A DNA stretch of 36,196 nucleotides from Octopus bimaculoides (Eukaryota): the NCBI RefSeq assembly GCF_001194135.2, contig NC_068983.1, positions 150,195,046 through 150,231,241 of the forward strand. Direction: 5' to 3'. Below the pieces are notes generated by a model, which saw only the letters and a list, made by a program, of their open reading frames with translations, ran no database searches and had not been told where the DNA came from. Positions 1-11,000 of this stretch are shown in pieces (the first letter of the stretch is position 1; each line of letters begins with the position of its first letter). A program made the position numbers and the translations under genes.

Positions 1-249
1 GTTTTTAACACTGTTTTTAACAATTTCACCTTAATATGACAATCAGTATGTAACACTACAAAGTTCATACAAAGCTTTATACTTTAAATATATTTTATCA
101 TCAAAGAATGTATATATGCATTTTAATACTCAGACTGTTTTTTAACATTTTTTATTATTCTCAAAGACTTTTGATAATCTTTTTCTAAAAAAGTGAAACC
201 GGTTAAGTAAATAAATATTTTTTAAAAATAAGTGCATTTTCAAACCTTC

Positions 250-253
<4 letters not shown>

Positions 254-286
<33 letters not shown>
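254..286. repeat. (TA)n microsatellite
   Basis: Direct reading. Confidence 0.98.
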
Positions 287-287
<1 letters not shown>

Positions 288-289
288 CT

Positions 290-1044
290 CCTACCTCTGC
301 TGGTGACAAAGGGCCTCTCACTCAGAGTAAAAGTCAGACTGTATGATGCTTGTGTGCGAACATCCATGCTCCATGGCAGTGAAACATGAGCTGTGACTGC
401 TGAGGACATGCGCAAGTTTGCAAAGAATGAAGCTAGTATGCTCCACTGGATATGTAATTTCAGTGTGCATACACGACAGAGTGTAAGCACCCTGAGAGAA
501 AAATTGGACATAAGAAGCATCAGATGTGGTGTGCAAGAGAGACGACTGCACTGGTATGGTCATGTGTTGCGTATGTATGAGGACAGCTGTGTGAAAAAAG
601 TGTCACACCCTAGCAGTAGAGGAAACCTGTGGAAGAGGTAGACCCAGGAAAACCTAGGATGAGGTGGTGAGCACAACCTTTGAACATTGGGCCTCACCAA
701 GGTGATGACAAGTGACTGAGACCTTTGGAGATAAGCTGTGCTTGAGAAGACCTGGCAAGCCAAGTGAGACCATAACTGTGGCCTATGCCAGTGCAGCATA
801 ACCAGCCCATTTAAGAGTACCCTTCAATCATTGGGCAATAAACTGCACTTGCAAAGACCTGTTGAGGCAAGTGAAGTTGTGGCCATAGCCGATGACAGTA
901 CCACCTGATTGGCACGTAAAAAACACCCACTGGAATGGTTGGCGTTAGGAAAAGCTTCCAGCTGTAGAAACTTCGCCAGACCGGATTGGAGCCTGCTGCA
1001 GCCTTCTGGCTTACCAGCCCTCAGCCAAACCTGTGGAAAGTGGA

Positions 1045-1046
<2 letters not shown>
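290..1046 (+). mobile_element. 5'-truncated RTE-clade LINE: 3' end of ORF2 plus 3' UTR, degenerate
   Basis: Translates to LPLLVTKGLSLRVKVRLYDACVRTSMLHGSET*AVTAEDMRK...ERRLHWYGHVLRM, the post-RT region of RTE LINEs (LHGSETW, RRLxWYGHVxRM), with a stop and a frameshift. Followed by the tail ggttggcgttaggaaag...ctgtagaaac shared with other copies in the window. Confidence 0.85.

Positions 1047-1082
<36 letters not shown>
1047..1082. repeat. (GT)n microsatellite
   Basis: Direct reading. Confidence 0.98.
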
Positions 1083-1084
<2 letters not shown>

Positions 1085-1397
1085 TAACAAACTGAGGGAA
1101 AGAAATCCTTCAAAGGAGTGTGCTAAACATCCAATTCACTGGTGCTTCAGTTGGATACCATATACACATTGGTACAATTCAATAATAAAAATGAATTAAA
1201 TATAGAGATATTCTTTTGACAGTCAATAATTTATTTATATTGCAATATTACATTAAAGTAGTTGTATGCTGTCAACTTAATGTGACAGTCCTATTTAGCC
1301 CTGGGAGGCAGCACCGCTTCCTGTCGGCCTTGACGCATTTCCTGTGTCCTTATGTTTAGAAGGGGGAGACAAGCACCTCTACTTAGCTAAGCCTGCA

Positions 1398-1440
1398 TCT
1401 AGAGACATGTTTCTGGATCTTTGCTCGTCATCAGTCTGGA
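1398..1440 (-). ncRNA. Minimal type I hammerhead ribozyme motif (stem II degenerate)
   Basis: Minus strand reads TCCAGA-CTGATGA-CGAGcaaagaTCCA-GAAA-CATG-TC-TCTAGA. It has the CUGAUGA/GAAA/GUC core, stem I 5/6 paired, and palindromic ACATGT stem III typical of dimer-forming minimal HHRs. Confidence 0.65.
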
Positions 1441-1687
1441 GTAGCAATGGCCTGTTAGTTGGAGATGCCTGTCAAGCTCTCGTAAACATAATTCTAGTGA
1501 AACACATTCACTGATTTCAAAAATAGAAATAATACATTTCTAAATCTCTCAGAGAGATTTATGCAGTAGTGATGCGATAAAGTAGTTATATGCTGTCAAC
1601 TTAATGTGACAGTCCCGTGAAGGGAATAATACTAATGCTTTTAACCTTGAGAAGCAGCACCGCTTCCTGTCAGCCTTGACATATTTC

Positions 1688-1724
1688 CTGATGACGAGCA
1701 AAGACTCTGAAACAGGTCTCTGGA
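1688..1724 (+). ncRNA. Second hammerhead motif copy, lacking the 5' strand of stem I
   Basis: CTGATGA-cGAGcaaagaCTCt-GAAA-CAGG-TC-TCTGGA. Stem II GAG/CTC is intact; the upstream TCCAGA arm is replaced by the inversion junction. Confidence 0.6.
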
Positions 1725-1910
1725 TGCAGGCTTAGCTAAGTGGAGGTGCTTGTCTCTCCCTTGTAAACATAAGGACACAGGAAATGTATCAAGTTGGTAT
1801 ACACACACACAGACAAAAACACACACATACATAGATACGTACATATATATACACACATGTATAAAAAAAAATACACACCCATATACGCATGCAAATATAC
1901 ATACACTTAC

Positions 1911-1911
<1 letters not shown>

Positions 1912-1947
<36 letters not shown>

Positions 1948-1965
1948 NNNNNNNNNNNNNNNNNN

Positions 1966-2000
<35 letters not shown>
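1912..2000. repeat. (TATC)n and (TA)n microsatellites flanking an assembly gap (1948-1965)
   Basis: Direct reading. Confidence 0.95.
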
Positions 2001-2003
<3 letters not shown>

Positions 2004-2124
2004 CAGCTCGAAGGCCAGTCAGGCAGTACTGGCAACGGCCACGCTCAAAATGGCGTAGTTTACATGCCAGCTGCACAACAGCAACAACAATAATAATAAT
2101 AATAATATATTTTATTATACTGTT

Positions 2125-2260
2125 AAGTTGTTGGCATTAGGAAGGGCATCTAGCTGTTGAAATGACACCAAAGCAGACATAGAACCTGCTGAAGCCCTCT
2201 GATTTGTCTGTTCTTGTCAAACTACCTTACCCTTGTCAGCATGGAAGAAAGGACATTACT
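2125..2260 (+). mobile_element. Degenerate RTE-like 3' tail fragment
   Basis: gttggcattaggaagggcatctagctg...gcatggaag matches the tails at ~945-1000 and 27058-27200. Confidence 0.55.
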
Positions 2261-2491
2261 AAAATTTTTACTTCGTTAAAATAACCATCACACCCATTCT
2301 TGATACGGGAGGGGAGGAAAAATCAATGTGAAACAATCACACACACGCACATGCAAGAGATGTTACAGAAAAACAAAAACATTTTAAATCTAAATCTTAC
2401 TCTATAAGGCAGTGTTCCTTATTGTCATTCATACCTGTTAATATTGATCATCTATCTCACCATTTCAAGGAAATAGTATAAGAAGAATTTT

Positions 2492-2495
<4 letters not shown>

Positions 2496-2530
<35 letters not shown>
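2496..2530. repeat. poly(A) tract
   Basis: Direct reading. Confidence 0.95.
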
Positions 2531-2532
<2 letters not shown>

Positions 2533-3409
2533 CATTTTCGAACAGAATCTAAGTAGATGCACATCATGCACAGATAGATGAATGTAGATAGTTTGTCTTT
2601 TTTTTTTTTTTCTTTCTTCTCTAAAATAATTGACTAGCAGGAAGTTAAGAAACATGGATAACAGGCACACATATAGAGAAGAGAATGAGCCAAGAAATAG
2701 GAAGGAAAAAGAAGCCATGTTCATCATGTGAGCAGGTTATTATTAACTATGTATACTATCTGCCAGTCTGGCAACCTAAGCAAGATTTCAGTACTGGCTG
2801 AAAAGCTGAAGAAGTAATAGAGACACTAACAAGAATGTGAAAATACCAACCACGCTGCTTACCTGAACATTCAGGCTATCTTTGGAAGAGATAGATCACT
2901 TTGCTTTAGATTCTTCAGTTGAAATGTAGAAATCTTAAGTAAACACTTAACATTTTAATTGTTCATAATAATATGAAAAAAAAATAATTTAGACCTTTGC
3001 TAAACCAATAAACTATAATGGTTTAACATTTGCAATCACGCACGCATGCACACACACACACACACACTCAAATTTTCAAGTTGGAAAAAACAATTAAATT
3101 AGCCTTTAAAGTATAATATTCTCAAAATCATTGAGATGATTTTCTAATCCAGCAAAGGTCTTGGGATATTTTCTTAAGAGAATAGGTGGTGGTGCTGTGG
3201 AGTGGAGAAGGGGAGAAGAAGGGGAGGAGGAGCTGAATAACAATAGATTCAAATTTTCTAATCTAATTTATTGAAAATAAATTGCAATCTAATTACAAAG
3301 AATACATAGTGCATCGTCCACTGAAAGGATCATAAATTTCTCCGATGTACATGCATTTGTATTTAAATAACCAATGAGAATTAAAAGAGTTTAATTTACA
3401 AGAAAAAAA

Positions 3410-3570
3410 NNNNNNNNNNNNNNNNNNNNNNNNNNNNNNNNNNNNNNNNNNNNNNNNNNNNNNNNNNNNNNNNNNNNNNNNNNNNNNNNNNNNNNNNNNN
3501 NNNNNNNNNNNNNNNNNNNNNNNNNNNNNNNNNNNNNNNNNNNNNNNNNNNNNNNNNNNNNNNNNNNNNN

Positions 3571-3642
<72 letters not shown>
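3410..3642. repeat. Assembly gap (3410-3570) followed by (CA)n microsatellite
   Basis: Direct reading. Confidence 0.97.
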
Positions 3643-3643
<1 letters not shown>

Positions 3644-3645
<2 letters not shown>

Positions 3646-3875
3646 AAGCACATGGCTTATTGGTTACTCCTGATCACAAGATTATGGTTTCGATTCCTGA
3701 ATTGGGCAATGTGTTGTGTTCTTAAGTTAAACATTTCATGCTGCTCCAGTCCATCCAGTTAGCAAAAATTAGTAACCCTGAAGCAGACTGGTATGCTGTT
3801 CAGGTGGGAATTTATATGCCACAGAAACGGGGAAACCAGCCTTATGAGTCTATGAGATTCAAGAAGGAGCTTTAT
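3644..3875 (+). mobile_element. Degenerate tRNA-derived SINE
   Basis: A-box-like tggcttattgg and B-box-like ggtttcgattcc; head resembles the SINE at 22276-22665. Confidence 0.6.
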
Positions 3876-4480
3876 CATGTACAACGCTATATCATGTACA
3901 AAACTAGCAATGTTTATAAACAATCCTATGGATCAATAAATGTGCCACTATCACCTACCAAAATCAGCAGCCAAATTTCCTTCAAATCATACCAAACTTT
4001 CTTAAACTTTAACATTTTCAATGCCCTGTTTCAAACAAAATACAATATTCTTGTGTTGCAATATTAATTTTTAAAATAGTAAAGTGTCTCAACATATTTA
4101 GTAAAATGATTTGTTTAATTTGGTATTAGGGATGTAACTAAGCAAAAAGTTCTTGTATGATGAGGCCTTAAATATGAACTCTTATAAAATGAGAGGTTTT
4201 TGTATCATAAACAGTGTGGTGATCTCAAAATGAGTTAATATTAAGTTAAAAGAATGATAGTGTAATACTGAATACCTTATAGTAGAAAAAAAATTGTGAC
4301 AGCCATAACCTACAATGCCAGCTAAATAATGAAAAGTTGACAAAAGAAAAAAAGACATGGATCAACAGTAAACTTGAGAAAAACTGAAGGCATAAACTTT
4401 GTCCAAAACAAAATAAAAACAGAAAAGAATGTTGAAAAGGTAGAGGCACTCCTACATAAAACTCGTGTATAAATACAAAT

Positions 4481-4596
4481 GCAAATGTAGCTGTATGGTT
4501 AAGAAGCTTGCTTGCCAAGCACATGGACTTGGGTTCAGTCCTGTCTTTGACAATAGCCTTAGGCCAATCAAAGCCTTCTGAGTGGATTTGTTAAAT

Positions 4597-4685
<89 letters not shown>

Positions 4686-4960
4686 AGAGATAGAGAGAGA
4701 GATAGAGAGAGAGAAAGAGATAGAGAGAGAGAGAGAGAGAGAAAGAGACCATGTGTGTCTCTTTTCACATCGTGTGATGGTGGTAAATGAGCACCACAGC
4801 ATACAGGTATGTTTGTTTCCAGTCCTTTGTTAAAAAGGCCTGGAAACAGATGAGGGTTACCAACAAGAAAGGCATCAGACCATGAAAAATTTGCCTCTAC
4901 AAATTCTGTCCGACCCATGCAATCATGAGAAAGTGGGCATTAAATGATAATGGTGATGAT
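4481..4960 (+). mobile_element. tRNA-derived SINE interrupted by a long (GA)n tract (~4598-4745)
   Basis: Head tagctgtatggttaag...gggttcagtcc; body caaagccttctgagtggatttg shared with 10338-10490 and the reverse complement of 10557-10945; RTE-like tail ending in gatgat. Confidence 0.7.
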
Positions 4961-5719
4961 GAAACGTACATCAGAAAGCACTAAGATCTCATAAATATAC
5001 CAAATCACAACAAAGGAAACATAGACAATCAGAAATGCTAGTATTATCTTCCTTAAGGACTCCAGTGCCAAAAACAATCATGCTGTACATAGTACTACTA
5101 GAATACAAAACATACCAAAACCAAAGCACAACACACAAAATACACACTACTCAAGATAAACAATTTTATGAAGCAGCACATAACAGTAGCACATGAGAAA
5201 GATAAACAAACTGCTTACAAATGCCAACACTTTAAAAATGAAATCTACTGCAACATTCATACTGTAACAATTGAAGAAACAAAATAACACAAGATTCATC
5301 AAATCCCAGATTACGCCTCATTAAAATAAGACAAATGAACAACTTCCAAGACATCATCATAAGAGATATTGAGGTTCATGGAGCCGTAAAGCGTGCAGCA
5401 CCATCGGCCTAGCGCACATCTGTTTTTTTATGCTGGTATGAATTGAACAATTTGTTAGGATCCAATGAGCAGCAGGGCTGTATTGAGCCTCAATGTCAGC
5501 TTTGACATGGTTTCTACAATGGGATGTCCTTCCTAATCAATAATTTACAGTGTATACTGGGTGTGACCAATATATATCAAAAATTACTCTAATAGGACGT
5601 GGCAACAGTTGGATAAAAAACTGCAAAATGAAATCCCATAAAATAAATAACTATATTGATACAACCACCAATCATCACACCAATATTAAATTAGATGGTT
5701 ACTTACCTCACTAGCCTAC

Positions 5720-8330
5720 ATATTCCCTTCTGCAAATCAGAAGGATTCAGACCACTACACTGTTTATAAATGTAACACAGAATACATATGATGGATTCAA
5801 GAACAAAAACCACCCACATGTCCCATTCTAGTTATTATTAATACCAACAAATATTTTGACTCCATTCCATGTGATCCACTCATACAAAAAATGCTCAACA
5901 GCAACTTGTGAAATGCTGGCTAGAAAACTACTTGTTAGATTACCATGCCTATGTCGTCCACACAGTAAATACTTTCAGAACTTGCAATTTCCTGAATGGA
6001 TTATCACAAGAATCAGTCCTCTCTCCCACTCTTTTCAACCTATATCTGCACAACTTTACCTTAGCACCACAAAACATACGGGCAACCTAATTACACAGAT
6101 GACATCATACATCATCACACCATCCTCCAGACATTGATGCCTAACTACTTCAACCTAATATAAAGCATCTAGAATCTTGCCCCCCCCCCCATGACAGACT
6201 TCAAGTAGCACTTATAAAAAATCTAATCTCTTTTCTTTCTAGTAACAACTGAGAACTTCAAATACGATTACATCATTCAACAACACACACACACACACAC
6301 ACACACAGAGATAAAAATCCTAGAAGTTATGTAATATTTCTATAACATTCACAACACACAGGAGACAAAGAAAGCAAAACAAAGCAAATATACTAAGAAA
6401 TTTAGGGCAATAACAAGTGACACAATTGGCCAACAGAATTGATGACCACATACAAACAATACATGAGCTCCATCATGACCAATATCTGTCCTGTCTTGTT
6501 CCACAATTTCTCTACATTAAAGCACACAACATCTGTATAGTCATTCAATCTATTAGGAATAGCAACCAATCTCTCAAATACACTACTATATTTAAAAAGA
6601 TGGGGGTGGGGTGGAGTAAGAAGGCTAATTAGTGTACTGAATTGAAGTACATCTGAAAAAATTCCTCTGATCATAAGTCTACTCAGAATTAACTTGGGCC
6701 ACCAAGCTACACCTTGTTATACCATTTAGCATACTTCCAAACACTGTTATTGAAAGAAAATTTCAATGTACACAATACACTGCGAGACACAATGACATAC
6801 AATAGCACGAATAACACAAGAGATGATCCAACAGCACCAATACTAATATCATTACATCCTAAACGACACACACCACATCTCACAACACAGCCACCTTACA
6901 AGTCATCAGCTAACTTTTCAATGAAATAACCACCATTACCAAAATACAGTTACACATCAATGAAAAAGAGCATTTTCACAATCAAAAATGCACACAAAGA
7001 GAATCAATTTCCAGAATTCAACATCACAATCTCCAACATAGACACTACAGTACATATGTTCCACAAAATAAGTTTCTATAAAATAACCTGTAAGAATACA
7101 AAAATACAACCTTAATTAAATAACTGATATATACAATCTGATAAAAGTCAGGGACAAATTTAAACATAACATAGCAACACCACACACAATAGAAACGAAA
7201 AAATCTATATATCAAGTAACTAGATATGGAAATCTCCTTCAAATCATACCCCCAGCACCTAAGAAAAAGCTAGGTTGGATAACGTAGTTCTGAGCTCCCA
7301 ACACATAAGGAAAAGATGGGATGGTCATGACTTAACTGATACAAGTCTTTCTAATGAAAAAAGTGTTGGTAGCAAACTATCTCTGCTTAAATATATGTAG
7401 AGTAAATAACAATCCCTCTAAAAGTTTTAATTTCCCAAACTTCAGACCTAAACAACCAACCCCCACTTCCACAAAATAGACACACAGCCTCATATGCAGA
7501 TGACATCAAAAGAACATGTATCATTCATTAAAATGCACAACCACTCAAAGTTATATCAACCACTTAGATATCTGGCTCAAAACAAATACTAAAAGTAACA
7601 CTAAATTCAGCCCCTCCCTGCTTACCAGTAATACCAAAAAAACATCAGATATAATCAACCATCACACTCAACACCTCACATGGAATGAAAACAATAGAAA
7701 TACAAAGAAAGAATCACAACATATCAACATTAAAAGTACACATAGGAGCCATAAAGAAAGCCAACACACAAATACACTTAGATTACTCAGACACCACATG
7801 TGGTCATCACAAAGAAGCAATAGTGTACAAACAATATAATAGATCCATCAAAAGAAAAAGGCACCTAGACAGGTAAGGGGCACATTTCATTGCTATACCA
7901 CATTCTGACCTTCACAATCCCAGTCAAAAATGCACAATCTACTCCAACACCCAGACATCTACAAATCTTCAAAATTCCACTAAATAACATTATTCCTCCC
8001 ACTCAATCTAGACAAACACAAATACACATACAAATATGAACAACTTCATTAACATCATTCTGCCCCAGAACTGTAAAAGAACAGCAACTGTTACAGCCAC
8101 TTTATCTGCCTCGCTGTGGCTACAAACATAACCTACAGGAAAAGACTGGATACTAGAGAAAATACAACTTACACAATATACACTTACACAATAATTCACT
8201 TGTATGTTAGAACAAAAAATATGGCCCACATTACATACTTGGAACAATTGAACTTTGAATTGCATCTGGCTACTCACATACCAAGGGACAGTTTGATCAG
8301 GCTAAATTTACAACTATTCACAAGAGTGAA
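5720..8330 (+). mobile_element. Heavily decayed APE/RT non-LTR retrotransposon relic(s), I-group-like (possibly LOA/Outcast type)
   Basis: Frame-broken motifs: GFRPLH; DGFKNKKPP..ILV....K.FDS; WLENYL; NGLSQESVLSPTLFNLYLHN (RT, GVPQGSVLSPTLFN-like); acagatgacatc (YADD-like); LLLKENFNVHN (APE GDFNAH-like, ~6745); QSYINHLDIWLKTN and CGHHKEAIVYKQYNRSI (post-RT). Clade assignment is tentative. Confidence 0.75.
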
Positions 8331-9430
8331 AATTGACATTTTCAAAAAGTAATGTAAAATTTCTCTAGCATATAAATAACTATACTATTTGTATACACTT
8401 CTAGCATACAAATATACTATTGCAAAAACAGTACACTGAAATTTAAAACAAAGTGGAAAAAAACAAACAAAAAACAAGCAATTAGTGTCTTAATAAGGAC
8501 TAATTCCAAAGTCTGATTAAACTATTGTAGCTATAGATATATAAGTGTTTGATGTTGCTGTCTCTATTTCAATACTTTTGACTCAGGTTTTGACTCATCT
8601 GAATAAAATTGTTTGTCACTCTCATAATATAGACATCATGCTTGAAAGAATTACAAATAATTCAGTGTTATATTCTCGTCCAATGAAAAAGAAATATTCA
8701 GTTTGGCAGCCTTCCTTAAAATGTGAATCACTACACAATATCAACAAGATAATGCATTGGCAGCTTAATCCTTCCCATTTGTTGATGTATATACTAGATA
8801 CAGAAATAATGGAAACAAATATAAAATGTACTGTTTATTAACTAACGTATGCCAGCAAGGGAAAGGAAGAGACATAACCTTGGATTGTGAAACAACTAGA
8901 GACTACAAGATGAAATGAACAAGTGAATAAGATACGATGAAGAAAAATATGAAGAGGATCAGATGAACGACAGAAAAGTTGGTAGCGGCAGAGACAATGA
9001 AGTCAATGAAGAGAAGAGGATGATGATAGTTATGAAAATGAAGATGACAAAGGAGCAGACAAAAAGGACCGTGATGAAGATGGAGAAGATCAGGATCATG
9101 ATGATGATTATAATGTATTATTAATTGAGATTTTCTAATAGTCACGATTTCTTTTAATTAAAACATTCAACATTCAGTAACATGTGGTGTACTAGATTTC
9201 CACTGCTCCCTAGAAAAAGCAAACTGTTCTATAGCCTAATGCAGCTCCTCTTATCACTACTTAGCTACAAGACCCTTATCATAATGCTACCAGATCCTTG
9301 TCATAAACAAAGTTAAGTTAGTGTTATAATTAATGCAGTGAACATTAAATTAGTACACAGCACTTCACTCAATAACCGTCTCTCCTTTCCCTATATTTAA
9401 ATGGGCACTGTTGTACAACTCTCCTCTCAT

Positions 9431-9463
<33 letters not shown>

Positions 9464-10337
9464 ATGTTCAGTTGAATCTGAGGGCTTGGCTCATTCCATT
9501 ACTATTCAGTTTCTCACCACAGGTGATTTTCCAGGAAACAAAGAAAAAAAATCTTTTTTTTTTTAAGTGAAACAGTTGATTTTCATTGAGCAGCCTTTAC
9601 TCAGTGAACATAGGAATAGTGGACTGGAGATGAGTGATGGAGAAATTTCTGCAAGAATAAAGCAAAAATCCTTCCAAAACTTACCTAGCTTATCATATGA
9701 CCTAAAGAAATCTAAAAGCTCCAACTCCTACATTTGCCATGCCTGCATTCTGACACCTAACTCAATATGTTCCTCTCTTCGTTCCTCTTTTTCTGGCTTG
9801 AAGGATCACAAGTATCAAGAAACTAAGGGACAACAGAATCATTAGCAACAAACAAATATACTCTTCTGCATTTACTGTTTTTTCACACTCCACATGTTTG
9901 TATGTGCACGTGTGTATACGAAAACAAATACATGCACACACACTCCATCCATCCACACACACTTGATCGATCCTCTGTTGTTGTTGTCAATATTCAAGAT
10001 GCCTGATTGTCTAGTTTAAGTCTAATATAATTAACAAGCAAAAAGTTAGGTATTCCAGAGACGTGTGTACCTCATGTTAATTTTCAGGTTGAATCAACAT
10101 GACAAAATAGGAACTTTGAATTATGGTATAATGAAAGCCTCACACCCACCAGCTTCCACTGTTTTTGTGTATCAAATTTCATGCGTAAGGCATTGACACC
10201 AACCAAAGATGCAATACAAGGGGTATTCAACCCAGAATCTCATGACAGTGACACAAATTTAACCAATCAGCCATGCCTGTGTCCATACACACATACACAC
10301 AAAATGAAAATAGTAAATTAACCTGATGCAAGTTCTG

Positions 10338-10484
10338 ATGGTTGTGTAGTTATGATGTTCACTTCCAAACCATGTGATTTGGGGGTCAGCCCCACTACAC
10401 AGCAACTTAGTTAAGTATTTTCTACTATAACTCATGTCTGATCAAAGCCTTGTGAGTAGATTAAGCAGGCAGAAACTGAAAGAA

Positions 10485-10490
<6 letters not shown>
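10338..10490 (+). mobile_element. tRNA-derived SINE 5' part, degenerate
   Basis: atggttgtgtagttatg...gatcaaagccttgtgagtagattaagcaggcagaaactgaaagaa aligns to the reverse complement of 10790-10945. Confidence 0.7.
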
Positions 10491-10525
<35 letters not shown>

Positions 10526-10550
10526 TGTGTGCGCGCGCGCGTGCGTGCGT
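10487..10550. repeat. (CT)n followed by mixed GT/GC microsatellite
   Basis: Direct reading. Confidence 0.9.
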
Positions 10551-10556
10551 GTATTC

Positions 10557-10945
10557 TTTTATTTGTTTCAGTCACTTAACTGTGGCCATGCAGGAGCACC
10601 GCCTTCAGTCGAAGTAATCGCCCCCAGGGCTTATTCTTTGCAAGCCTAGTACTTATTCTATCGGTCTTTTGCCAAACCGCTAAGTTACAGGGATGTAAAC
10701 ACACCAACATCAGTTGTCAAATGATGGTAGGGGGACAAACACAAACACACACACACACGCACAGACACAACACACATATATATACAACAGGCTTCTTTCA
10801 CTTTCCGTCTACCAAATCCACTCACAAGGCTTTGGCTGGCCTGAGGTTATAGTAGAAGACACTTGCCAAGGTGCCATGCAGTGCGACCAAACCCGGAACC
10901 ATGTGGTTGGGAAGCAAACTACTTACCACACAGCCACTCCTGCAC
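10557..10945 (-). mobile_element. Near full-length tRNA-derived SINE (octopus-type)
   Basis: Minus strand starts gtgcaggagtggctgtgtggtaag (A box) ...ggttccgggtttggtcgc (B-box-like); central ggcaccttggcaagtg domain; internal (TG)n; tail gactgaaacaaataaaagaata. Confidence 0.85.
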
Positions 10946-10946
10946 T

Positions 10947-10947
<1 letters not shown>

Positions 10948-10994
<47 letters not shown>

Positions 10995-11000
10995 TATATA
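10948..11000. repeat. (TA)n microsatellite
   Basis: Direct reading. Confidence 0.95.

Larger units (their letters stand above)
1254..1793 (-). mobile_element. Hammerhead-bearing non-autonomous repeat (Penelope pLTR-like / retrozyme-like): partial tandem copies plus an inverted segment
   Basis: 1254-1344 is repeated at 1578-1690 (period 324-346 bp because of an indel). 1688-1793 is the reverse complement of ~1329-1434. Hammerhead cores occur in both orientations. Confidence 0.7.

Noticed and set aside
203-4918. ORF-track entries rich in YI/CV/HT/SL/RE repeats (also at 10.4-11.5, 14.4, 17.0 and 18.6 kb)
   Set aside because: Translations of microsatellites and N-gaps, not genes
8925-9115. Purine-rich stretch encoding an acidic D/E peptide
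   Set aside because: Decayed (GAT/GAA)n trinucleotide repeat; needs a frameshift and has no splice context. 13790-14030 is similar.
9685-9800. Minus-strand segment PEKEERREEHIELGVRMQAWQM*ELELLDFFRSYDKL ending at a strong AG|GTAAG donor
   Set aside because: Every frame contains a stop and no homology is recognisable; only an unverifiable 17-nt micro-exon reading remains
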